64,000 nucleotides of DNA from a virus. Taxonomy: Duplodnaviria > Caudoviricetes. The position numbers were made by a program, and so were the translations under genes. Location: positions 1-64,000 of IMG/VR virus record IMGVR_UViG_3300028591_000109; one strand, given 5' to 3'. How positions within the stretch are numbered: position 1 is the stretch's first letter; each line of letters begins with the position of its first letter. This document shows positions 19,288 to 28,326 of the stretch, one piece after another. The notes beneath the pieces were generated by a model. The model was not told where the DNA came from. It saw only the letters and a program-made list of their open reading frames with translations, and searched no databases.

Positions 19288-19629
19288 ATGGCACGTAAAC
19301 GTAACGACGACGACGAGCAGGAGGTGAAACGGTTGATGACCGTCGAGGAAATCTCCGAGAGCATCGAGGACAGGGTGACGGCGTTCTGCCAGCAGTATAT
19401 CTCGCTGCCACGGCTGATGATGCCGTGCGAGGTGATGGATATCGGGCAGCTGCGCGACGCGATGGGACTGCGCGTGATGCCAGAGGGCGACGCATGGCAG
19501 GCTGCCGAGCAGATGCTGAAGGAGCACGGCATGACGCTGCACAGGATGGGCAACATGCGGGTGATGTTCCTCCGCGAGCGCGACGACTTCATAGAGGCCG
19601 ACGGCTGGACCGAGGCCGAGGAGGTGTAG
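19288..19629 (+). CDS. Hypothetical protein, paralog of 15953-16297
   Basis: Shared motifs as above. Confidence 0.75.
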   Translation: MARKRNDDDEQEVKRLMTVEEISESIEDRVTAFCQQYISLPRLMMPCEVMDIGQLRDAMGLRVMPEGDAWQAAEQMLKEHGMTLHRMGNMRVMFLRERDDFIEADGWTEAEEV

Positions 19630-19692
19630 GCCGCTGTGATACAGCAGCAGACAGAATGAAAACGGCACAAACGACTAAACGAGATAACGACA

Positions 19693-20394
19693 ATGGCTAA
19701 TTTCGCATACAACATTCCTGTGGAAGTGCAGCGCGGCATCGCCATGCACTTCGAGATGGACGTGCCCATCGTGGACCTCGACCTGACGAAACCGCAGAAG
19801 ACGCGCCTCACGCGGGTGAAGGCCATCTATATGGCATGGCTGAGTAATCCGTACATCAATCCGCTGGAGATGTCGCGCTCGATGCTGAAGGCTGAGAGCA
19901 GCGAGAGGGGCAACCGCACCGACGCGGGCAACCTGCTGAACGCGGCAAAGAAGGACGTGGCGTGGTTTAAGTGGGTACAGAAGCACTACCTCGAACTGCC
20001 CTCGCGCAAGGAGCTGCAATACAAGGGGCTGCGCACTGCCGAGGACATGATCATTGCAGGCAGGGAGGCGGGCAACTGGCTGACGGTGAACGACGGCATG
20101 AAGCAGATGTATAGGTTCGGCGGGCTGGACCGCCCGGAGGAAGATCCGCAGCACGTGAACGATGCCGCCTACCAGGAGCTGATACCAACGACCGACGTGA
20201 CCAAGGTAGACCCCGACCGCAAGCGCATTAGTGCCGCACGACGGCTGGAGCTGGCATCGAAGTGGGGCGCACACATCGACGAACACGGCGTGCTGATAGA
20301 CAAGGACGGAAAGGTGGTAGGCGGACAGCAGCCGAGGGACGAGGAAACAGGAGCAGCGGAGATGCCGCTGTCCACAGAACCAGACGAGGAATAG
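19693..20394 (+). CDS. Putative terminase small subunit
   Basis: Helical 233-aa ORF ending 3 bp before the large subunit; called by position. Confidence 0.55.
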   Translation: MANFAYNIPVEVQRGIAMHFEMDVPIVDLDLTKPQKTRLTRVKAIYMAWLSNPYINPLEMSRSMLKAESSERGNRTDAGNLLNAAKKDVAWFKWVQKHYLELPSRKELQYKGLRTAEDMIIAGREAGNWLTVNDGMKQMYRFGGLDRPEEDPQHVNDAAYQELIPTTDVTKVDPDRKRISAARRLELASKWGAHIDEHGVLIDKDGKVVGGQQPRDEETGAAEMPLSTEPDEE

Positions 20395-20397
20395 CGT

Positions 20398-22323
20398 ATG
20401 GCAAGGAAAGGATTCAGCGACACGGACAGCGACGCAACGCTGGGGCGCATGCTGCCACTCTCGGAGCCGCAGAAGGACTACGACGACGAGGACGAGGACG
20501 GCGAGCGACAGGCACCGTCGCAGCGATACATCTACGAGAACGAGGCCCAGTCGAAACGCCGCACCTACCGCTGCCGTGAGACCTACGAGGTGGCGGGGCG
20601 CGGTACGGGCAAGACCACCGACATAGCCGAGCACGTGAAGGAGGTGTCGATGCGCATACCCCGTTCTACCAACGTGTTCCTGGGCTGCAGCGTGAAGCAG
20701 CTCTACCTGAAGACGTGGCCCGCCGTGGTGAAGGGACTGGAGATGATGGGCATGGTGGAGGGGCGCGACTTCATGCGCCAGCGACCGCCCGCCAAACTGC
20801 ACTGGCCGATGCCGCTCTCGAAGCCCCGCTCGTGGGAGAACGTGACTATCTTCCCGACGGGCGCGGCCTGGTATTCGATATCAATGGCAGTACGCGCCAG
20901 TGTGAACGGCATGACACTCTCGTCGGCAGCCAGCGACGAGACGCGCTATCTGCCTTTCCAGAAAATCAAGGAGGAACTGTTTCCTGCCCTGCGCCCCGAG
21001 CTGATAGCCAAGGGCAGCGGACTGACGGGTGACGGATTCCGCAACACCGCCAAGTACACTTTCGGCTACAACAAGGACTATAACCCCCTGTATCTCTCGA
21101 AGTTCTTTGTCAGCGACCCTGCCATCACGCAGAAACAGGCCGTCTGGGAGCAGGAGGAGCTGAACCAGACCGTAGACATCAACCACGAGATAGACCTCAT
21201 GCTGGCCGAAGCCGAGGAGATGCCCGAACTGTGGCACGTTGACGGGTTCCTGAAGCGCATCAACCAACTCCGTTGTCAGAGTAAGATTTTCTTCCGTTTC
21301 AGCAGTCTTGCCAATATCGAGATATTGGGCGAGGACTGGTTCCGCGAGATGCGCCGCTCACTGCCCGATATCATGTACCGCATCCAGATACTCGGTCAGC
21401 GCAAGGGACTGGCCCGCGATGGGTACTACTGCAACTTCGATATCGACATCCACGGCTATCATCAGAGTGATATGGAGACGATGGACCGTCTGCTCTCCAA
21501 CTACACCACCCACTACTCGCGCACCGGACTGGACCAGGCACACAACCCCACCGAGATAGAATACGAGGCCATCGACCTGCGGCGCACCGCCAAGGTCAGC
21601 GACTGCTCGCTGGACGTAGACCTGGACTACTCGCTTCCTATCCGACTCGCCTTCGATTATAATGCCAACCTGAACTGTGCCGTGCTGGGTCAGTTGCGCC
21701 GCTTCGACGGACGCGAATCGCTCATGGTGCTGAAGAGCATGTTCACCATGAACGAGCAGAAGATACGAGCCCTCTGCAAGAACATCTGCACTTACTACCG
21801 CCCGTTCATCGACCGTGGCGGCGACTTCATCTACTACTTCGACTCGACGGCAAAACAGGGAGCCTCGCTGGCCTACGCCGTAGAGGGAGCACAGGCGCAG
21901 AACTTCAACGATGTGGTCATCGAGGAGATGCGCCGCCACGGTGCCAGAGTCACACCTGTTGACATCGGCGCACCCATGAAGCACAACCAGAAGTTCCAGA
22001 TGATATGCGACGTGTTCAGCTTCCAGCAGGGACCCGCCGTGCGCATCAACGCCGACGAGGATCGCAACGAGTATCTGATAACGGCCATGGAGAACTGCGC
22101 CACCGAACAGACCGCCACCGGCATACGCAAATACAAAGGAGGTGAGAAGCTGAAAGCCACCACCGAGGGCGCGGAAGGCGCGATAGATCCAAGAGTCAGA
22201 ACCGACGTAACAGATGCCTTCGACACGCTGTTGATAGGCTGCAAGTTCTATACCAACGGTGTCAGGGCCATCGGCGGCAGACTGCGCGGAAGGTTTCAGA
22301 ACTTGGCGGGCATACCGCACTAA
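20398..22323 (+). CDS. terL: Terminase large subunit
   Basis: Walker A AGRGTGKT; Walker B-like AASDE; nuclease acidic motifs LAFDYN and TDVTDAFD. Confidence 0.85.
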   Translation: MARKGFSDTDSDATLGRMLPLSEPQKDYDDEDEDGERQAPSQRYIYENEAQSKRRTYRCRETYEVAGRGTGKTTDIAEHVKEVSMRIPRSTNVFLGCSVKQLYLKTWPAVVKGLEMMGMVEGRDFMRQRPPAKLHWPMPLSKPRSWENVTIFPTGAAWYSISMAVRASVNGMTLSSAASDETRYLPFQKIKEELFPALRPELIAKGSGLTGDGFRNTAKYTFGYNKDYNPLYLSKFFVSDPAITQKQAVWEQEELNQTVDINHEIDLMLAEAEEMPELWHVDGFLKRINQLRCQSKIFFRFSSLANIEILGEDWFREMRRSLPDIMYRIQILGQRKGLARDGYYCNFDIDIHGYHQSDMETMDRLLSNYTTHYSRTGLDQAHNPTEIEYEAIDLRRTAKVSDCSLDVDLDYSLPIRLAFDYNANLNCAVLGQLRRFDGRESLMVLKSMFTMNEQKIRALCKNICTYYRPFIDRGGDFIYYFDSTAKQGASLAYAVEGAQAQNFNDVVIEEMRRHGARVTPVDIGAPMKHNQKFQMICDVFSFQQGPAVRINADEDRNEYLITAMENCATEQTATGIRKYKGGEKLKATTEGAEGAIDPRVRTDVTDAFDTLLIGCKFYTNGVRAIGGRLRGRFQNLAGIPH

Positions 22324-22344
22324 GTAGGGTAGGGCGGCACTTCT

Positions 22345-22434
22345 CCTGCCCTTGGCTTCGCCGAGTGCAGGCTTCGCCTCGGCATAGATTGCAAGCGCGG
22401 CTTGCATCTCTGCTCTCGGCTCGCACTGCCCTTG
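22345..22434 (+). mobile_element. Palindromic REP/MITE-like insert with CTGCCCTTG duplication
   Basis: Near-identical to 13166-13254. Confidence 0.55.
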
Positions 22435-22485
22435 ATTTCCAGCCCTCTCACCCCTATCTTCATCTCAAAAATCCGACACAAGATT

Positions 22486-24318
22486 ATGACTAAGCACAAG
22501 AACAACAGAGGTAATGCGGGCAGCATCATCCACCGTCCGAAGACCTTCTCGGAATATCAGAAGCTCGACCGTTCGCTGCGGGAGCGTGGGTTTGTGGCAC
22601 TCGACGTGCTCAACGGCAAGGTGCGCTCTCTTTCCCTCGGCGACCGCGACCCGTCGAAGGGTGAGGCACAGTCGATGGCCTCCGGCATGAGTTGCGGCAC
22701 GCTGAGCAACGGCCCGCTGTCGCAGGTGGCATGGTCGTTCGACAGCACCGACTCCATGCCGACCTCCATCAGCGACAAGGACGGCAAGCCGCTTGGACGC
22801 GGCTACATCAAGTGGGGGCCGAAGGACAACCTGCCCGGCGTCATCTACTCGCTGGCCAAGGCAAGCCCCTACACCGCCGCACCGCTGCGCTACCTGGCCG
22901 ACCTGGCCACGGGACTGGGCGTAAGGCTGATGTACCACTTTGAGGACGACACCTACTGCGAGTTCCAGCACGCGGGCTTCAACCTGCGGCTGCGCTACGA
23001 GCAGGCCCGCAAGGGAGAGCAGCAGGACGAGTACGGCGGCGACATGGCTATTGACCCCGCTGCCGCCCCCGGTGAAGATCCGCTGAAGCCCATCACCGAG
23101 ATAGCCCCCGAGAACCGTCCGAAGAAGCGGCTGCAGGGCATCGGCCCCGACTACTGGGAGCAGGCTTATTACGAGTGGGAGCGCACATGGGAGGGCTACG
23201 ACGAGCAGGACGACAGCGGCATGGAGCGCCACGTACCCGGCGTGAAGCAGTTTCTGGAGGAGAACAACCTCGACCTGCACCTCTCGCAGTGCATGCTCGA
23301 CTTCATGTACTACGACCTCTTCTTCCCCACCGTCGGCTTCGAGCGAGGCCGCCGTGGCCGCTGGGACCCGCGCATCGTGAAGATAGGTCAACTGAAAATC
23401 ACAGACGGCATCCGCTATGAGGCGATGTCGGAATACCGCCATATCCAGCACGTGTATTTCGGTGAGCGCTTCAGGGCGAAGGGCATCGGCGAGCACAACA
23501 CGATAGGAGCTCACGACGACAAGGTGACGATGTACCCCGTCTGCGAGGCCACCGCCCGCGTCAGCGACATGCGCTACCTCGTCTCGTCGAACCAGCGCAC
23601 CCGCATCAACGCCCGCCCGACGTGGGCCGTCTGCCCCGTCTATTATGGTAATAAGAATTACTATCAGCAGCCCGACTGGTGGAGCATCTTTACATCCAAG
23701 GCTTACGACTTCTCCAGCACCATCCTCTACGACAAGGCGAAGCAGCGCGAGAACAACACCACCTGGGGGCGTATCATCTACATCTCGCTCGACTACCTCG
23801 ACATGGTGTTTGCCGACAATGGCATTGCCGGCGACAAGGATAAGCAGCAGGAGTTTATCGACGAACTGGATCAGAACGTAGAGACGTTCCTGCAGCAGCG
23901 CGAGAACAACGGCAAGATGATGCGCCAGTTCATGTGGCTCGGCCAGGACGGCAAGGATCACCACAACGTCGAGATAGTCGATGTGAAAGAGACCACCAAC
24001 GACGCGGTGAAGGCAGGCAAGGAGGAGCTGGAACTCTCCACATCGCCCATCTTCCTCGCCTTCGGTGTTGACCCCCGTGACATCGGTGTGCCGATGGTCA
24101 GCGCCTCGAACGGCGGCACGGCCCTGCGCGAGATACGTCTGATGAAACAGCAGCTTCTCAACGTGCGGCAGCGCATGTACCTCCGCTTCCTGATGGATGT
24201 CTTCACGTTCAACAGGTTCGACTCGCATCTGGAGCCGATTGTACGCCAAATGAGTTTCACGACCTTGGACCGTAATCCGACGGGTATGGTCGAAACGGTA
24301 GCGGGGCAGGGGGCGTAG
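22486..24318 (+). CDS. Portal protein (Bacteroidota phage type)
   Basis: Follows TerL; YIKWG.KDNLP, YYQQPDW.SIF, L..RENNGK, IFLAFGVDP...GGTALRE and TTLDRN motifs. Confidence 0.75.
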   Translation: MTKHKNNRGNAGSIIHRPKTFSEYQKLDRSLRERGFVALDVLNGKVRSLSLGDRDPSKGEAQSMASGMSCGTLSNGPLSQVAWSFDSTDSMPTSISDKDGKPLGRGYIKWGPKDNLPGVIYSLAKASPYTAAPLRYLADLATGLGVRLMYHFEDDTYCEFQHAGFNLRLRYEQARKGEQQDEYGGDMAIDPAAAPGEDPLKPITEIAPENRPKKRLQGIGPDYWEQAYYEWERTWEGYDEQDDSGMERHVPGVKQFLEENNLDLHLSQCMLDFMYYDLFFPTVGFERGRRGRWDPRIVKIGQLKITDGIRYEAMSEYRHIQHVYFGERFRAKGIGEHNTIGAHDDKVTMYPVCEATARVSDMRYLVSSNQRTRINARPTWAVCPVYYGNKNYYQQPDWWSIFTSKAYDFSSTILYDKAKQRENNTTWGRIIYISLDYLDMVFADNGIAGDKDKQQEFIDELDQNVETFLQQRENNGKMMRQFMWLGQDGKDHHNVEIVDVKETTNDAVKAGKEELELSTSPIFLAFGVDPRDIGVPMVSASNGGTALREIRLMKQQLLNVRQRMYLRFLMDVFTFNRFDSHLEPIVRQMSFTTLDRNPTGMVETVAGQGA

Positions 24319-24454
24319 GCGCTACGCTAAATGAGAAATGACCATTTTAACTTCGTTGAAATGCCTCACGCTCGACAATGCTGATGCGAGCATCGTATTG
24401 CTCTCGCTTAATCGGCATTTTCGTGAGGTCACGAAAATGGTAGCGAAACAAGCA

Positions 24455-24489
24455 AATCGGCGACAAACACCCACATTTGTCGCCGATTA
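24455..24489. terminator. Hairpin between convergent operons
   Basis: AATCGGCGACAAA...TTTGTCGCCGATT perfect stem. Confidence 0.65.
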
Positions 24490-24492
24490 TCA

Positions 24493-24642
24493 TTATTGAT
24501 TATCGTTTTTATGGATTTTAATCCCTCTCACTTGCCGTGCGCCGAGCTTCTTCTTGAAGTCGTCCACCAGCAAGTCAGTCACTTGTTGCTCGTCCAATTC
24601 CTCCTGGGAATAAACGCGCATCACTATTCTGTAGAATGGCAT
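24493..24642 (-). CDS. Small hypothetical protein (MPFYRIVMRVY..., 49 aa; not in the ORF track)
   Basis: Translated by hand; AT-rich leader. Confidence 0.5.
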   Translation of the reverse strand: MPFYRIVMRVYSQEELDEQQVTDLLVDDFKKKLGARQVRGIKIHKNDNQ

Positions 24643-24671
24643 ATTGTTTCAGTTCGAGTTAATTTAAAAAG

Positions 24672-24809
24672 GAGAGCACGCCGTAACAACTGGCAGGATT
24701 TTCACCTGCATCTGGCTGGCGAGACCCAGTCGTCTCCGTCCTGTTTTATCCGTTGATGTAACTGGCATCGCGGGTTGGTGCAAACTACAACTGTCTTTGG
24801 CGTGCTCTC
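24672..24809 (-). ncRNA. Candidate structured RNA (~138 nt)
   Basis: 11-bp closing stem GAGAGCACGCC/GGCGTGCTCTC; internal GCAGG-TGAAAAT-CCTGC hairpin. Confidence 0.4.
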
Positions 24810-24814
24810 ATTCG

Positions 24815-25075
24815 CTATTCCTTTAACAGTTTTGGATTGTCATGTATGTTGTCGATAACCTCCATGCTGTATGTACGGATGATGTGAGGTGTCCACCCTT
24901 GGTCGTCGCCGCTGCCGTCCGATTCGCCAGCCAGCGGCTTCAGGCTTACCCTGTAGCCTTCCAGCTTGTCGGCTTTGTCGCCAAAGACTTCCTCGACGTT
25001 GCACTTCACTGATTCCTGCACCCTGTCCAGATCTTCATCCGTCAGCTGGTATATGCCTGTGGTGATTTCTTTCAT
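24815..25075 (-). CDS. Chimeric ORF: N-terminus of the 26489-26974 paralog fused to a YopX-like C-terminus
   Basis: MKEITTGIYQ...IIRTYS then MEVIDNIHDNPKLL. Confidence 0.65.
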   Translation of the reverse strand: MKEITTGIYQLTDEDLDRVQESVKCNVEEVFGDKADKLEGYRVSLKPLAGESDGSGDDQGWTPHIIRTYSMEVIDNIHDNPKLLKE

Positions 25076-26001
25076 ACGCCGCCCTCCTTTTCTTCTTCCC
25101 GTCTCTTCTCCAGTTCCTCGTGCAGTTCCTCCAGCATTTTCTTTTGCGCCGCTATGGTCATCCGGCACACATCTTCTGGCAGTGTGCCGTCGCGCAGCAT
25201 CCGTTCATACGTCTCCAGTGTTCTCTCGTGTCCTGCGATATCAAGAAGGATGTCGGTATAGAGCCGTTCTTTTGTACCGAGAGTAATATAGTCAGTCATA
25301 CGCCCTGGCAGTTTTATTGGTGGTGTCTTCGTAACCTCGCAGATAACTCGCTGCATGTCGTCGGCCTTCACCAGACCGCGACGCACCAGCTCGCGCATCA
25401 CCTCCCACTGTTCTTCTATCATGCGGCAACGGCTGCTGATGGATGTCATCGAGTCGTCGCTGATGCGGCGCATCACGGCTATCAGTTCCTCGCGGGTCAT
25501 CTCCTCGGTGGGCTTGTCGTACAGGTTTGTCCGCATGTCGCAGTACAGGTGTCTGTCAGCCCATGCCGCTACGCTGCCCGCAATCTTCACCTTGCTGCCG
25601 AAGCGGGTGAGAGGGTAGGGAGCCGTGCCGTCGAGCATAATTACAGGCCGTTGGATGGACTTCCCGTAGTTGCCAACTCCCACAAAGTGCAACTGCATGT
25701 ACCAGCTCTTGTTGCCTTCGTCGAACACCACGGCAAAGCCGATGTCTGCTTTCCTGAAGAATGTTTCTAACAGATACGCCCCCCTTTCCGATATATCCAG
25801 CTTATCGAGCGGACAGGTCATGGTGACGTTCCACTCTGCAAACCCGGTGTCCTCGCTATGCACTTCCCATCCGCTGCCCGCCAGCGCGTATCCTCTCGGC
25901 GGCATCCGCGAGTCCACGGTCACTTCGTTTCTGTCTTTCGACACAATCACCTCGTCCTTCAGCGGAATAAAGATGACATTCTCTCTTACTTCGTTGTCCA
26001 T
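25072..26001 (-). CDS. Hypothetical protein; N-terminal domain paralogous to 41617-42147
   Basis: IP..D.V.VSK..N.VTVD, FF.RKA...F and G.APYP.T.F shared. Confidence 0.7.
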   Translation of the reverse strand: MDNEVRENVIFIPLKDEVIVSKDRNEVTVDSRMPPRGYALAGSGWEVHSEDTGFAEWNVTMTCPLDKLDISERGAYLLETFFRKADIGFAVVFDEGNKSWYMQLHFVGVGNYGKSIQRPVIMLDGTAPYPLTRFGSKVKIAGSVAAWADRHLYCDMRTNLYDKPTEEMTREELIAVMRRISDDSMTSISSRCRMIEEQWEVMRELVRRGLVKADDMQRVICEVTKTPPIKLPGRMTDYITLGTKERLYTDILLDIAGHERTLETYERMLRDGTLPEDVCRMTIAAQKKMLEELHEELEKRREEEKEGGV

Positions 26002-26079
26002 GTTGCTATTCTTTCAAAAGTTAGCTTCGTTGACTTTTGTCACGACTCGGCCAAATCATAATCCATTCTGATTCGGCTC

Positions 26080-26457
26080 TCACTGCTCCAAAAGTTCTGG
26101 ATTGTCGTGGATGTTGCCGATGACCTCCATGCACGAAGATTTGTGAAATATCGGCCCGCAACCGTGGCCACGAAACGAGAAACCGTTTGTGATGTCTGAC
26201 CAAACGACCTCTTGCACATACCTGCAGCCATTCACTACGGTAGCCACCACGTCGCCCTCATATATCTCCTGCCCGTTCTTGTCCTTCAGACCCGTGTACT
26301 CGCCGCGTGTCTCGGGGGCAATTTCATAATCGTCCCACGACTTGCCATCGGCAAACTCGTCGGGGCAGACGAAGTGTGCGCCACGGTTTGTCAGGTAAAA
26401 ACCATACAGCCACACACCGTTCTTGCGGTTAAATCCGCGAAACTTACTTTCTCTCAT
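26080..26457 (-). CDS. YopX-family protein
   Basis: MRESKFRG...GEYTGLKDKNG.EIYEGD...EVIGNIHDNPELL. Confidence 0.85.
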   Translation of the reverse strand: MRESKFRGFNRKNGVWLYGFYLTNRGAHFVCPDEFADGKSWDDYEIAPETRGEYTGLKDKNGQEIYEGDVVATVVNGCRYVQEVVWSDITNGFSFRGHGCGPIFHKSSCMEVIGNIHDNPELLEQ

Positions 26458-26488
26458 ATCGCTTATCGTTTCGTTTTTTGTTCAACTT

Positions 26489-26974
26489 CTATAACACACA
26501 TTTGCGCCCGCCTCCTTTTCTGATTCTGTTCATTTCCAGTTGCAATCTTCGCCTTATACGCGGGTAGTTGGCGATAGGGAAGCTGTAGTACACATCGCAC
26601 TTGTTGGCGAATGCGGCCCACTTGCCATCGCTGGTGACGGCCACCAGCCGCATTTCCTGCATCTTCTTCCTGCGCTTCTTCTCCTTGCGGGGTAGCCGCT
26701 GCGGGCGGAGCCTGTACTCCTGGCGCGGAGTCAGCCTGGGCGGCTCATCGGCTGCCGTGGCCTCCATGCTGTATGTGCGGATGATGTGAGGCCCCCACCC
26801 TTGGCCGTCGCCGCTGCCGTCCGATTTGTCATCCAGCGGCTTCAGGCTTACCCTGTAGCCTTCCAGTTTGTCGGCTTTGTCAAAGACTTCCTCGACGTTG
26901 CACTTCACTGACTCCTGAATCCTGTCCAGGTCTTCGTCCGTCAGCTGGTATATGCCTGTGGTGATTTCTTTCAT
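26489..26974 (-). CDS. Hypothetical protein
   Basis: ATGA overlap with the upstream gene; 5' half duplicated at 24860-25075. Confidence 0.7.
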   Translation of the reverse strand: MKEITTGIYQLTDEDLDRIQESVKCNVEEVFDKADKLEGYRVSLKPLDDKSDGSGDGQGWGPHIIRTYSMEATAADEPPRLTPRQEYRLRPQRLPRKEKKRRKKMQEMRLVAVTSDGKWAAFANKCDVYYSFPIANYPRIRRRLQLEMNRIRKGGGRKCVL

Positions 26975-27363
26975 ACGCTGTCCTCCTTTTCTTTCTTCGG
27001 CACAAGGTCGCTGATATACGCCCAGCGTTCCATGTGCCAGTTCTCCCAGTCGGCGGCGATGCCACCGGCGGCAGGGGCCAGCATGTCACCGTCGGCATAA
27101 TACTTCCCCGCCGTACCGCAGCCGTCGCCCTCGTCAATCAGTATCTGGCTTTCGTCATCGGGCCGCTCAGTCTTCGGGTGCCAGACACGCGACTGCTGGA
27201 ACATAGCGCCCACCTCCAGGTATTCCCTGACGGCATCCTCGGGGATAGGGTACTCCCAGTCGTTCTTATGATAGGCATAAAATCCGTGTCCACAAATCAT
27301 CGTTGCCAGCTCTTCAAGCGAGTCGGCCATCTGCATAAGCTGTCTGTTAGATTCCCGTATCAT
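26971..27363 (-). CDS. Hypothetical protein (first gene of the leftward array)
   Basis: Start at MIRES; WHP..ERP...RWAYISDL phage-type motif. Confidence 0.7.
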   Translation of the reverse strand: MIRESNRQLMQMADSLEELATMICGHGFYAYHKNDWEYPIPEDAVREYLEVGAMFQQSRVWHPKTERPDDESQILIDEGDGCGTAGKYYADGDMLAPAAGGIAADWENWHMERWAYISDLVPKKEKEDSV

Positions 27364-27383
27364 ACATGAGCAAACAAAAAAAT

Positions 27384-27549
27384 ATCGGCCACACGTGGGC
27401 GGTGTCAAGTCCTCTGTGCGATTTGGACTCCGGGAGGCTTTCGCCTTCCCGACGCCGGCGGTGTGGCCGATGGGTAATTATTCTATAAATTATGGCAAAC
27501 AATAATGCCGCTCAGGGTGGTAGCGGCATCACCGCACAGATGGTTTGAC
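27384..27549 (-). ncRNA. Structured leader RNA, left copy (c4/CI-like antisense/attenuator)
   Basis: 11-bp outer stem; inner GGGAAGGC-GAAA-GCCTCCC hairpin; loop CGCACAGA..TTGAC complementary to its own 5' GTCAA..TCTGTGCG; followed by a T run. Confidence 0.65.
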
Positions 27550-27665
27550 GGTGCAAAGATACGGAAAAGATTCCGAACGACAAAAAATAATACCGAAATA
27601 TACCGAAAAATTCCGAAAATTTTGTTGGCTGATTCCGAAAATTGTTTTATCTTTGCACCGTCAAA
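27544..27665. promoter_or_regulatory. Back-to-back Bacteroidota promoters with T(A/T)CCGAA operator-like repeats
   Basis: Perfect inverted TTTGACGGTGCAAAGATA / TATCTTTGCACCGTCAAA; five T(A/T)CCGAA copies at 27571, 27591, 27601, 27611 and 27633. Confidence 0.75.
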
Positions 27666-27843
27666 CATACTCAATGCGGGCAAAGGCCTCGCAATACATA
27701 CTTACTTGCAGCGGCGGGGCTCTGTGCCAACAATCATCAGAGACAACAAACAGAATCATATCGGTCACAACCGCGTCGGGAAGGCGAAAGCCTCCCGGAG
27801 TTCGCAGCATTGAGGAACTTGACAGCGCGTAGTTGTGGCCGAT
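27660..27843 (+). ncRNA. Structured leader RNA, right copy
   Basis: Outer stem 27760-27771/27832-27843; same GAAA hairpin; loop GCATTGAG..TTGAC complementary to its own 5' GTCAA..CTCAATGC. Confidence 0.65.
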
Positions 27844-27860
27844 TATATATATAATAAGGT

Positions 27861-28115
27861 ATGACCAGAGAACAGCAGATAGCCCGTTGGGCGGCAGTCG
27901 TTGACATCGTGCTGACCGCCGAGAACAACATTCCGGAAGAGGAGAAGCAGGCGCTCATAGTTGCCAAAGGCGCGGGCCACAGCTTGGAGCAGCGGGCCAT
28001 CGAGCGATATATCCACGCCGTCGCCACTGAGATTGTTGAGCACGGCGGCATGGCCTTCGAGGGCGACGGCGAGAGTGAAAATGACGGACTGATTGACCCT
28101 TACAATGGAGACTGA
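27861..28115 (+). CDS. Hypothetical protein (first gene of the rightward array)
   Basis: ORF directly after the leader RNA. Confidence 0.7.
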   Translation: MTREQQIARWAAVVDIVLTAENNIPEEEKQALIVAKGAGHSLEQRAIERYIHAVATEIVEHGGMAFEGDGESENDGLIDPYNGD

Positions 28116-28121
28116 ACGACT

Positions 28122-28304
28122 ATGACAAGGAAACAGAAACCCACAACACCCCACCGCCGCACACGCGAGGAGCTGGTCGTCGACACCTTCCTCTACATGA
28201 TTCGCCACGGCGAGGCGGTGCGCAAGGAAGTAGAATTTTTCAACCGCTTCGGCGGTGTAGAGACCAAAGAAATCTATAAGGTAGAACCGAACAAAAAGAA
28301 ATAG
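28122..28304 (+). CDS. Hypothetical protein
   Basis: Tightly packed co-oriented ORF. Confidence 0.6.
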   Translation: MTRKQKPTTPHRRTREELVVDTFLYMIRHGEAVRKEVEFFNRFGGVETKEIYKVEPNKKK

Positions 28305-28326
28305 TTATTCACCAATTTAAAACATT

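Noticed and set aside
22465-24249. Long antisense ORFs (also 45879-47255, 59953-60918 and 62395-63966)
   Set aside because: Shadows of GC3-rich sense genes with no recognisable motifs
24812-26990. DGR template/variable repeat pair
   Set aside because: Differences are not adenine-specific, include an indel, and no reverse transcriptase is in the window
27544-27665. Invertible promoter (18-bp inverted repeats)
   Set aside because: The repeats are themselves the two -7 boxes and transcript starts, and no invertase is seen in the window; inversion cannot be fully excluded without reads
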